Source of the DNA: Bacilli bacterium
GTDB taxonomy: Bacteria; Bacillota_I; Bacilli_A; RFN20; CAG-826
NCBI GenBank assembly: GCA_017635465.1
Contig: JAGBLL010000110.1
Coordinates: forward strand, 4,908 to 68,907
Direction of reading: 5' to 3'
DNA: 64,000 nucleotides
In this document: piece by piece, positions 33,001 to 41,208 of the stretch
Layout: the number at the start of each line of letters is the position of its first letter
Numbering within the stretch: the stretch's first letter is position 1
Notes under the pieces: model-generated
What the model was told of the DNA's origin: nothing
Database searches by the model: none
Seen by the model: only the letters and a program-made list of their open reading frames with translations
Made by a program: the position numbers and the translations under genes

Positions 33001-36000
33001 ACAAGGTATATGATTTACGTGAAGAATATCCAATTAGTAAGACACAAGAAGGTGTCTTCATTGAATGCGCTTCTAAAGCGGATTCCACAACTTATAACAT
33101 TCCATATTTATTTAAACTTGATAAACGCATCGACTTAAATAAATTAAAAGAAGCTTTAATCAAAGCGCTTGATAACCATCCATATCTCAAGACCACATTA
33201 AAGATGAATGAAGACGGCGATATTCTCGCTCTTAGAAAAGAAACAGAAAGTGTTGTCTCCATCATTAAAGAAGATATCGTTAAAGAGAAATTAATCCGTC
33301 CATTTAAACTATTGGATGCTCCTTTATATCGCATTGAAATATATGAAGGTAAAGATAATTATCTCTATTTAGATTTCCATCACATCATCTGTGACGGCAC
33401 TAGTGAAGCAATCTTCTTATCTGACTTAAACAAAGTGTTCAAAGGTGAACAATTAACTAAAGAAGAATTCACTGGCTTTGAAGTGGCTTTAAAAGAAAAA
33501 GAAGACTTACAAAGCGATAAACTTCCTAAAGCTAAAGAATATTATCACAAAGTGCTTAAGGACATCGATGGTGAATATATACCTAAAAAAGACTTAAAAG
33601 TCGCTAAAGAGCATAGACTCGCTTCTATCGATTACGCTTTGAAATTAGACAATAACAAAGTTAACGAATACGTTAAATCTAATAAACTCACTAATAATGC
33701 TTTATTTAACTTTGCATTTGGTTATACATTATCTAAATTCATTTATCGTAAAGATGCTTTATATGTGACTATTTATAATGGTCGAAAATCTTCTAAATTA
33801 TTTAATACCACATCGATGCTAGTTAAAACTTTCCCAGTTTATCTATCTTATGAAGAAGATGATGAAATCATTAAGAAAGTGAGCTTCATCAAAGATGAAT
33901 TAAGTGGCTTAGAAGAACATGATATCTATTCATTCGCGGATATCGTTAAAGATTATGATATATCCGCGGATGTAATGTTTGCCTATCAAGGTGATGATTT
34001 CTCATTCAAAGAAATCGGTGGTTATCCAGTCGAATCAATCTTGCTTGAAAGTGATACCACTAAAACACCATTTGGTTTAGATATCTTCCTAGAAGATGGT
34101 GTCTTTAGAGCCCACTATGAATACGATATCGCTATTTATAATGAGAATAGTATCGCTGCATTTAATAGATTATTTGAACTCGTTTTAAATGAAATCTTAG
34201 TTAAAAAGCAAATCAAAGACATCAATACTCTTCCAGAAGAAGATAAGAAATTATACGCCATCACAAACGATACTGACGTTGAAATTCCTAACGATGTTAC
34301 TGTAAATAAGATATTTGAAAAACAAGTCGAATTACATAAAGATAAAGTCGCAGTTATCGATGTCTGTAGCCAATTTACATATCAAGAATTAAATGCATTA
34401 GCAAACAAAGTAGCTCACACGTTAATCGATAATGGTGTGACTAAGAACCAAACAGTGGTGATGTTAATGCCTAGATTAAAAGAAGCTTATGCGGTGAGAC
34501 AAGGTATTGTTAAATCCGGTGGAGCCTTCTTACCAATCGATCCAAAATATCCAGATGAACGTGTTGGCTATATTATTGGAAATTCTCAAACTCAATACGT
34601 CATTACCACCAAGAAAGTCTTAGAAGAAAAAGAACAATTATTAAAAGACGCGAAAGTTAAAGTGTTCTTAATCGAAGATATCGCTAAATCAAATAAAGCG
34701 GACAATCCAAACGTTAAGATTAGTCAAAAAGATTTAGCGTATGTCATCTATACATCAGGTAGTACAGGCAAACCAAAAGGCGTGATGATTTCACACCGCA
34801 ATATCCTTAACTACGTTTTAGATGGCAACAATTTAACAACCGCTGAATATCGTTATATTGGGGAAGAATGTGTGAGTTGCTCATTTGCTTCATTATCATT
34901 CGATGCTTCTTTGCAAGAAGAATTCGTCCCATTAACTCATGGTTATACTGTTGTTATCGCTAGTGAAGAAGAAATTGAAAATCCATTACTTCTCGCTCAA
35001 ACACTCAAAAAGCATGGTGTAAATATCATGTTTATGACACCATCATTTGTCTCTAACTTATTAGATATTCCACAGTTCGTTGAAGCATTACGTAATTTCA
35101 AAGTCCTAGATATGGGCGCGGAAGCAGTGCCAATCGAATTATGTCAAAAACTTAGAGGTTTAGGCGTTAACGCTCAAATCAATAATGGGTATGGCCCAAC
35201 TGAAACAACAATTACATCAACATATAGTACTGTTAAAGATGAATACATGACCATTGGTCGACCAGTTGGTAACACTAAAGCTTATATCTTAGATAAAGCG
35301 GGTCATATTTTACCAATCAACGCTATTGGTGATTTAACTCTCGCTGGTGAATCTGTTGGTATGGGATATTTAGGTAATGAAGAAAAAACCAAACAAGTAT
35401 TCATTGAATTAAACGGTTTACGTGCCTATAGAACTGGTGACTTAGCAAGAATTAATGGCGATGGTAACATCGAATTCTTTGGTCGACTTGATAACCAAGT
35501 TAAATTAAGAGGTTTGCGTGTTGAACTTGATGAAATTGAAAAGGTTATCAACACCTATCCAGGCATGTCCACAAGTATCGTTATTGTGAAAAACGCCCCA
35601 GAAGGTGATTACTTAGTGGCCTATTTCGTTGCTAGCAAAGAAATTGATAAAGATGATTTAACCGCTCATATTTCTAAATCATTAACGCCATATATGATTC
35701 CAAAGGCGATGATGCAATTAGATAAATTACCGTTAACAGCGAATGGCAAAGTCGATAAGAAAAACTTGCCAGCCATTCAAGTTAACGAAACTAAAAAAGA
35801 AATCAAAGAAGCAAGTAACGAACTTGAAAAGAAACTCGTTGCCTTATTCCAAAAAGCATTAGCTAATCCAAATGTCGGTGTGGATGATGACTTCTTTGAA
35901 CTCGGTGGTACATCATTAAGTGTTTCTAAGATTGCGATGCTCGCATTAAATGAAAACTTACCGATCGCTTATGGTGATGTCTTTGAGTATCCAACTGTCT

Positions 36001-37238
36001 TACAACTTGAAGAACACATCAATTCTTTACAAGGTAATGCCAAAAAACAAGATGAAAAGAAAGAAGAATATGAATTCGCTTCACTTAAACATAACGTTGT
36101 GGAAGAAGTTGATGACATCAAGATTGATTTCGAATATAAGAAAGTCTTACTCGCTGGCGCTACTGGCTTCTTAGGTATCCACTTATTATATGAATTAATT
36201 CAACAAAAGAATCATGTCGTGGCCTTAGTTAGAGGTGGTAGCTTATCCGCTAAAGATCGCTTGTTAGCGATGTTAACATATTATTTTGATTCACCATTCG
36301 AAGAAGAAATTGAACAATATGTTGAAGTCGTTGACGCTGATGTCACTAATAATGATTTATATGAAAAATTAAAAGATTATGATTTCAATATCATCATTAA
36401 CTCCGCGGCGATTGTTAAACACTTCGCTAACGATGACATCATTGAAAGAGTGAATGTCGGTGGTGTGAAGAATCTCATCGAAATTGCTAAAGCAAAGAAA
36501 GCGAGAATTATTCAAATCTCAACACTTTCTGTCGCTGGTGAAAACATCGATAATAAGTTCCCATCTTCTTTCAAAATCAAAGAAAACATGCTCGACTTTG
36601 GTCAAGATGTCTCTAATAAATATGTCCATTCTAAATTCAACGGAGAAAAAGCTATCTTAGAAGCTATTGATAAGGATGGCGTGGACGCCAAGATCATCCG
36701 TGTTGGTAACTTAATGAGTAGACAAAGAGATGGTGAATTCCAGGCTAACTCCATTACTAACGGCTTTATGCGTGACTTAAAAGGTTATGTTACGCTCCAT
36801 GAATTCCCAGTTAATTCAATGGATGGCACAGTTGACTTCTCACCAATCGATGAAGTCGCTAAGACAATTATCTTGTTATCCAAGACACCAAGTAAATTTA
36901 CAGTCTTCCATTCCGCTAACTCACATATGGTGGAAATGGGTGATATTATCTATGTCTTAAACGAACTTGGCTTTGATATTAAAGTTGTCCCAGATAACGA
37001 ATTCCTTGAAGGTATGAAACGCATGATGATGGATGACACTAAGAGTATGCTTGTTTCTTCCTTAATTTCATATTCCAGTAGCGACATGCATACACATCAA
37101 TTTATTGGCTCTGATAATGAATTTACAAATAAAGCGTTGTATCATTTAGCGTATAAATGGCCAATTACTGACTATGAATATCTAAAGAACGCCATCATCT
37201 CACTTCAAACACTAGACTTCTTTGAAAGGAACGACTAA
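30021..37238 (+). CDS. bimodular nonribosomal peptide synthetase, C-A-T-C-A-T-R (terminal thioester reductase)
   Basis: Start at ATG 30021 with SD ggaggag at 30004-30010.
- C1: YHLIMDG (30378-30398).
- A1: YTSGSTGLPKG (31734-31766), NIYGPTE, GRKDGQVKIRGFRIEL.
- T1: GLTS, Ser codon 32873-32875.
- C2: HHIICDG (33378-33398).
- A2: YTSGSTGKPKG (34749-34781), NGYGPTE, GRLDNQVKLRGLRVEL.
- T2: GGTS, Ser codon 35913-35915.
- R: GATGFLG (36156-36176) and YVHSK (36621-36635). Confidence 0.95.
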   Translation: MVKTYPLSKSEEGIYISSLAGGDAYNLAHLVSLGRDVTKEQVEAALNKVVEAHPYIFTVLSNDENGNVVKSIKQQKIVLECEEVKELNIVSKPYQLLDSPLYRFKLYKVKDEYVFYFDFYHLIMDGTSIKVFIDDFFSSLEGKKLIKEQSDANEYALKEQKDLAKPIYQECKDYYEKLVGDVETDSSLVEDKKDETVSYQSFKQKLSIKNKQIKEITNKLGLKTSTYFLGAFSYLLMKFSMDTASLFLTVNNARTKEVARSFGSFVKTYPLYVNFENIDNVPDLLKLVNEENIENVKHNTYPYSSLVKDFGVSSDVLFAYQGDYFYNGSYNGKQITVEQLDRKDGKEKLAIECHRLGDEFLLWVEYRSDIYYESTIRHFIKLFDIVLNEFLALGKLDDINFVNKEDLELMDSFNITDPKYLDTSKTILDDFEDCVKKFPNNYAVVFKDKKYTYKEVDEITTRIANELIKHGAGREKVVSILIHKSEYVVLASLAVIKSGSAYQPLDPTYPEDRLNFMVKDSSAIILIRDDDLGDLIHEFKGHEILTSSLLSLKDDTPIKTIPESKDLFIMLYTSGSTGLPKGVMLEHGNIHAFCIYHREIQEIDENSHCSAYASYGFDADMMDLYPALTSGATVYIIPDEMRLNLVELGEYFNANNITHSFITTQVGRQFASEIECSSLKYFAVGGEKLVPIEPPKGYRFFNIYGPTEGTVYCTSQEVDKLYYRIPIGKPLPTYKMYVLDKNKKRLPFLCNGELYISGPQVARGYLNREKENKEAFLTNPFTKEKGYTNFYKTGDIVRMLPDGTIDFIGRKDGQVKIRGFRIELSEVEGVIREFPGIKDATIKDFTDPSGVKYIVAYIVSDKQINVEELNQYILSKKPPYMVPAYTMQIDKIPLNQNQKVNKRALPQVELKAEEIVPPEGEDEQIIFDILKDVLGHDQFGVTSDIYNVGLTSVSSIRFSILLSKKFNKPVENEDLKSHPTIRSLAAFLNAKEGDKVYDLREEYPISKTQEGVFIECASKADSTTYNIPYLFKLDKRIDLNKLKEALIKALDNHPYLKTTLKMNEDGDILALRKETESVVSIIKEDIVKEKLIRPFKLLDAPLYRIEIYEGKDNYLYLDFHHIICDGTSEAIFLSDLNKVFKGEQLTKEEFTGFEVALKEKEDLQSDKLPKAKEYYHKVLKDIDGEYIPKKDLKVAKEHRLASIDYALKLDNNKVNEYVKSNKLTNNALFNFAFGYTLSKFIYRKDALYVTIYNGRKSSKLFNTTSMLVKTFPVYLSYEEDDEIIKKVSFIKDELSGLEEHDIYSFADIVKDYDISADVMFAYQGDDFSFKEIGGYPVESILLESDTTKTPFGLDIFLEDGVFRAHYEYDIAIYNENSIAAFNRLFELVLNEILVKKQIKDINTLPEEDKKLYAITNDTDVEIPNDVTVNKIFEKQVELHKDKVAVIDVCSQFTYQELNALANKVAHTLIDNGVTKNQTVVMLMPRLKEAYAVRQGIVKSGGAFLPIDPKYPDERVGYIIGNSQTQYVITTKKVLEEKEQLLKDAKVKVFLIEDIAKSNKADNPNVKISQKDLAYVIYTSGSTGKPKGVMISHRNILNYVLDGNNLTTAEYRYIGEECVSCSFASLSFDASLQEEFVPLTHGYTVVIASEEEIENPLLLAQTLKKHGVNIMFMTPSFVSNLLDIPQFVEALRNFKVLDMGAEAVPIELCQKLRGLGVNAQINNGYGPTETTITSTYSTVKDEYMTIGRPVGNTKAYILDKAGHILPINAIGDLTLAGESVGMGYLGNEEKTKQVFIELNGLRAYRTGDLARINGDGNIEFFGRLDNQVKLRGLRVELDEIEKVINTYPGMSTSIVIVKNAPEGDYLVAYFVASKEIDKDDLTAHISKSLTPYMIPKAMMQLDKLPLTANGKVDKKNLPAIQVNETKKEIKEASNELEKKLVALFQKALANPNVGVDDDFFELGGTSLSVSKIAMLALNENLPIAYGDVFEYPTVLQLEEHINSLQGNAKKQDEKKEEYEFASLKHNVVEEVDDIKIDFEYKKVLLAGATGFLGIHLLYELIQQKNHVVALVRGGSLSAKDRLLAMLTYYFDSPFEEEIEQYVEVVDADVTNNDLYEKLKDYDFNIIINSAAIVKHFANDDIIERVNVGGVKNLIEIAKAKKARIIQISTLSVAGENIDNKFPSSFKIKENMLDFGQDVSNKYVHSKFNGEKAILEAIDKDGVDAKIIRVGNLMSRQRDGEFQANSITNGFMRDLKGYVTLHEFPVNSMDGTVDFSPIDEVAKTIILLSKTPSKFTVFHSANSHMVEMGDIIYVLNELGFDIKVVPDNEFLEGMKRMMMDDTKSMLVSSLISYSSSDMHTHQFIGSDNEFTNKALYHLAYKWPITDYEYLKNAIISLQTLDFFERND

Positions 37239-37240
37239 TT

Positions 37241-38983
37241 GTGGAGAGAAATAGTAAACTAGTTAACCGTAAATTCATTCATTATCTCATTCCGTCGATA
37301 TTGATGATTTTTGCGATGCAATTTTCTTCCTTACTTGATGGTATCTTAATTGGTAACTTGATTTCTGGCGAAGCTCTTGCGGCGACATCTTTAGTTATGC
37401 CAGTACTATATATCGTCCAAGCTCCTGGTTTTGCTTTAGGAGTAGGGGGATCAATTGTCGTTGCTAATAAATTAGGTAAAAGAGATATCGAAGGGGCAAA
37501 AAAGACGTTCTCTATATCAATTATTTTAGGTGTTGGAATATCTATATTATTTGCCGCGATATCATTCTTTGTTTCCGCACCATTAGCAAAGCTATTTGGT
37601 GAAGCATCATATGAATTATCTTATCCATATATCTATATGTATTTATTGACCGATCCAATTATTACTTTAGCTTTGCTTCTTGGTTCCTTTATGGCGGTTG
37701 ATAATAACCCAAAATTATCATCAATATTCTTTATTATTTCTAATGTCGCGAAAGTCGGCTTAGAGTTCATCTTTATTAAATTATTTAATTGGGGAATGTA
37801 TGGCGCCGCTTTATCTACCGGAGCGGGTTTCGTCGTCGCGTTTGTCGCTTTACCTTTCTACATTAAAAACGATAAGCGCATGCTTGGCTTAACTTTCAAG
37901 GTTAAAGGCACGAAGATATTTGAAATTATTAAATCTTCATCAACATCAGGTTTGAATCTTATTTTAACCGCGATTCAAATGCTGATTGTTAATATCTTTT
38001 TAGGCAAGTTAGTCACTAATCCAGTCGACTTATTAGCCTTTGGTTTAATCGCTAATATTGTCTTCGTCTTTGACTTATTCTGTGGTGGTATCTTAAATGT
38101 TATTCCTAATATTGTGGGTATCTTTTATGGTGAAAAAGATTATTATTCACTGAGATCAGTTACTAGAAAAATATTCTGGATTAATATTATTGTGGCCGCG
38201 GTTATTACCGCAGTTATCGCTGCCTTACCAAATGTCTATTCATTTATCTTTGGCTATACTGAACAAACAGATATGAGTTATATTGCACTCTTAATTAGAA
38301 TCTATCTCATCTCATTATTACCATCAGAAATTAGTAAATTCTCGATGAATTACTATCCATCCATTGATAAGAATCTACCTTCTTTAATTACTGTTTTCTT
38401 AAGAGAAGCTGTCTTAGTGTTGCCATTAACACTAGTGTTATTATTCACTAATGGTGTTTTAGGTTATTGCACTGCCTACGCTATTACGGAAGTAGCGACA
38501 GTCTTAATTACTTATATATTTATCCTTATATACAATAAAAAGAAAAATACATATTCCATCTTCATGTTTGAAAGAGGAGATGTTGAATCTTTCGATACTT
38601 CTTTAGATAACAACATTAATAATGCTTCTATTGTTTCTGAACAACTCACTAACTACGCTCGTAGTATTGGTGTGGCGGAAAGAGAAAGCCAAATCGTTGG
38701 TCTAGCCGCAGAAGAAATAGTGGGTAATATCATCACATATGGTTATAAGCATAAACATAAAAACTATATCGATATTTCATTAAGGAAAATTAACGATGTT
38801 CTCTTATTAAGAATTAGAGATGATGGTATGCCATTTGACCCAACTAAATATGAATTTGATAATGATGAGAATTATTCCACAAGTGGCATACAGTTAATTA
38901 ATAAATTAACTGATAAGATGACTTATATGCGTGTATTAAGTCTTAATAACACGATATTTGAAATCAATATCAGGGGGAACTAG
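37241..38983 (+). CDS. MATE-family efflux transporter fused to a C-terminal SpoIIAB/RsbW-like GHKL ATPase domain
   Basis: GTG start 2 nt after the NRPS stop. About 440 aa with 12 TM helices (MATE-like). From about 38575 the tail has an N-box EEIVGNIITYGY, a G1-like RDDGMPFDP and a G2-like SGIQLI. Confidence 0.78.
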   Translation: MERNSKLVNRKFIHYLIPSILMIFAMQFSSLLDGILIGNLISGEALAATSLVMPVLYIVQAPGFALGVGGSIVVANKLGKRDIEGAKKTFSISIILGVGISILFAAISFFVSAPLAKLFGEASYELSYPYIYMYLLTDPIITLALLLGSFMAVDNNPKLSSIFFIISNVAKVGLEFIFIKLFNWGMYGAALSTGAGFVVAFVALPFYIKNDKRMLGLTFKVKGTKIFEIIKSSSTSGLNLILTAIQMLIVNIFLGKLVTNPVDLLAFGLIANIVFVFDLFCGGILNVIPNIVGIFYGEKDYYSLRSVTRKIFWINIIVAAVITAVIAALPNVYSFIFGYTEQTDMSYIALLIRIYLISLLPSEISKFSMNYYPSIDKNLPSLITVFLREAVLVLPLTLVLLFTNGVLGYCTAYAITEVATVLITYIFILIYNKKKNTYSIFMFERGDVESFDTSLDNNINNASIVSEQLTNYARSIGVAERESQIVGLAAEEIVGNIITYGYKHKHKNYIDISLRKINDVLLLRIRDDGMPFDPTKYEFDNDENYSTSGIQLINKLTDKMTYMRVLSLNNTIFEINIRGN

Positions 38984-38997
38984 TAATCATTATAATC

Positions 38998-39026
38998 AGT
39001 CCTGAAATACAATCAGGACTTTATTT
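38998..39026 (+). terminator. intrinsic terminator closing the NRPS operon (TCCTGA/TCAGGA family)
   Basis: agtcctga-aatacaa-tcaggact followed by ttatttta. Confidence 0.55.
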
Positions 39027-39269
39027 TATAAATAAAAAGTATGTAAATAATGACACTTATCATAACTTGTCACTAGAAAAAATAGTGTTGTAATTATCGT
39101 ATTTTTCTAACGTTAAAATTAAAAAAGTTGAATATATTAATGGATTATTTTGCTATTTAAAACGTATTTTATTTGCTTTTTTTGTTTTAACGTATTAATA
39201 TACCTACGCAAGATTATCTATGTTGGTTTGACAAAATTGACATAAAATCATAGTACGAAAGGATAATAT

Positions 39270-41165
39270 ATGAAAAAGAGATTAATTCCTTTAGTGGCAT
39301 TAAGCGCGCTTTTAATGGGCGGTTTAACAACCCTTGCAGCATGTAACACTAAAGGCCAATCAGGTGAATCACAAACATCTGCAAAAACAGGTTCACAATT
39401 CAAAGTGTCATATGACCAAAGCGAAGAATATACAGTCGCTGGTTTAAAAGAATCATATGCCGCTGGTGAAAAAGTCACCTTCACTGTCACAGTTAATGAC
39501 AAAACAAAAGAAATTTCCGCTGTCAGAGCGGGTGGTACAAAACTTACTCCTGACGCAAATGGACAATATTCATTTGATATGCCAGAAGAAGACACACGTT
39601 TAAGAATCACATTAAGTGATATTCACGTTGCCAAATTAACTGCTTCCTATACAGGTAGCTTAGTCCAAGGACAAACATTAACAATCACCACAAAGATTGA
39701 TGATGCTAATAACGACACATTCACAGTCACCGCTAAAACGGGTGCTAGCTTAGTCCAAATCACAAATCACCAAGTTAAATTACTCAATGCTGGTAATGTC
39801 GTCTTAGAAGTCAGCGCGACAAAAGATGGTGCAACATTAAAAGATGAATTATCGTTCACCATTATTGAAAGTGAAGCAAGTTTAGGTACAGATATTGCTT
39901 ACCATAACTATCAATTTAAAAATGGTGCAGAATCATTAGCAAATGATAACCGTGGCACATTAATTTATTGGTTTGGTGATGGTGGTAGTGTCTCCTCATT
40001 CAAATATGAAAACGGTAAATTCGACGTTCAATACACAATGGGTTGGGCATTCTATGGTGTGCAATTCTTCTACTCATTACCATATGCAAAAGCAGGTGAC
40101 ACATATAAACTCAGATGGGAAGTCAATTCCGATGCTGATGGTATCATCACCATTAACAGTACAAGAGTCAACTTAAAGAAAGGTGATAACATCGTTGGTG
40201 TTGATATCACTCAAGGTGCTCAAGCTACTGTTTCTATCCAATTAGGTTATATTGAAAATGAAGAACAACATCCATTTACCGATGGTGCTCACTTAACATT
40301 TAAACCTTTCCGTCTTTATGACACAAATAAAGACCATAAATATCACAGAGTTTCATTCACCTCTGGTAATGAAGCCCTCAAAACAATTTATGTTTTAGAT
40401 GGTCAAAAAGTTAAAGCTCCAGAAGTCAAAGCTCCAGAAGGTAAGATTTTTGCTGGTTTCTATAACGGCGAAACTAAGTTTGATGAAAACGTCGCTCCAA
40501 CAGCGGATGTCACTTACGCTGCTAAGATTATCGATAAATCAGAAGCAGAAACCGTTCTTGTCCAATTAAAAATTGGTTCTAAAGTTTTAGCGAAAATTGA
40601 TGTTGTTAAAGGCGATAAAGTCGTTATTCCAAGTGGCTTAGATTATGGCTTTGGTCAAAAATTAAAAGGTCTTTATACCGATGCCGCTTTCACAACAGCT
40701 TTTAGCCTCGATACTCCAGTTCAAAGTGACTTAGACTTATACGTTAAGACACAAATCGCTTTTGAATCTACATATGTCCACGATGTGGGTGGCATTCCAG
40801 CGGAATGGATCACATATAATGATGATGGTTCTATCACATTGAAGTTCAAAGGCTGGGGTCACTCTGATAAGTGGCACATCCAAGCTAACTTCACAGATAG
40901 TATGATTAGAGGCCAAGCAGGCGAATTCTATCAAATTTCCTTCACATACTCCATCAACCAAGAAGGCGCGGGCGCACAAGTCTATGATGGTAACACCTTA
41001 GACAATACTGGCTTAGATGTCGGTTCTAATAAAGAAGCTACTTTAACATATGAAGGTGGCCCACACGTTGGTGACTTCAAGTTAACATTTGAATTTGGTA
41101 GCATCGACTTAGACGCTGATGTTGAATTCACATTACACAAAATTAGCATCGCAAAAGTTTCTTAA
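39270..41165 (+). CDS. surface lipoprotein with Ig-like, Flg_new-like repeat and CBM-like modules (putative glycan-binding protein)
   Basis: Lipobox LAAC. Big_2-like segment. Two segments resemble Listeria-Bacteroides repeats (..GFYNGETKFDENV.., ..LKGLYTDAAFTTAF..LDLYVK). Two Trp/aromatic-rich beta-sandwich-like regions. Confidence 0.6.
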   Translation: MKKRLIPLVALSALLMGGLTTLAACNTKGQSGESQTSAKTGSQFKVSYDQSEEYTVAGLKESYAAGEKVTFTVTVNDKTKEISAVRAGGTKLTPDANGQYSFDMPEEDTRLRITLSDIHVAKLTASYTGSLVQGQTLTITTKIDDANNDTFTVTAKTGASLVQITNHQVKLLNAGNVVLEVSATKDGATLKDELSFTIIESEASLGTDIAYHNYQFKNGAESLANDNRGTLIYWFGDGGSVSSFKYENGKFDVQYTMGWAFYGVQFFYSLPYAKAGDTYKLRWEVNSDADGIITINSTRVNLKKGDNIVGVDITQGAQATVSIQLGYIENEEQHPFTDGAHLTFKPFRLYDTNKDHKYHRVSFTSGNEALKTIYVLDGQKVKAPEVKAPEGKIFAGFYNGETKFDENVAPTADVTYAAKIIDKSEAETVLVQLKIGSKVLAKIDVVKGDKVVIPSGLDYGFGQKLKGLYTDAAFTTAFSLDTPVQSDLDLYVKTQIAFESTYVHDVGGIPAEWITYNDDGSITLKFKGWGHSDKWHIQANFTDSMIRGQAGEFYQISFTYSINQEGAGAQVYDGNTLDNTGLDVGSNKEATLTYEGGPHVGDFKLTFEFGSIDLDADVEFTLHKISIAKVS

Positions 41166-41179
41166 TTAACTTATTTAAA

Positions 41180-41206
41180 AGGGGGAGTTCTCGCTCCCCC
41201 TCCTTT
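41180..41206 (+). terminator. GC-rich hairpin plus T-tract abutting the GH16 start codon
   Basis: agggggag-ttctcg-ctccccct then cttttt. The ATG of the next gene is at 41209. Confidence 0.6.
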
Positions 41207-41208
41207 TT

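Noticed and set aside
24877-39269. Integrase, transposase or att-site repeat delimiting the tRNA-adjacent accessory block.
   Set aside because: No ORF in the block resembles a recombinase, and I found no copy of the tRNA-Ala 3' end by eye. The island interpretation therefore stays as inference only.
39021-39269. A c-di-GMP or other riboswitch in the 250-nt AT-rich leader of the glycan locus, given the GGDEF gene nearby.
   Set aside because: No conserved aptamer motifs are present (no GEMM-like GNRA/receptor elements). The region looks like ordinary AT-rich promoter DNA with duplicated TTGACA boxes and one TGACA-N12-TGTCA repeat.
40410-40439. 15-nt near-perfect tandem repeat (gttaaagctccagaa/gtcaaagctccagaa) inside the 631-aa lipoprotein gene as a possible phase-variation site.
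   Set aside because: There are only two in-frame copies encoding VKAPE-VKAPE. A change in copy number would not shift the frame, so this is a minor linker duplication.
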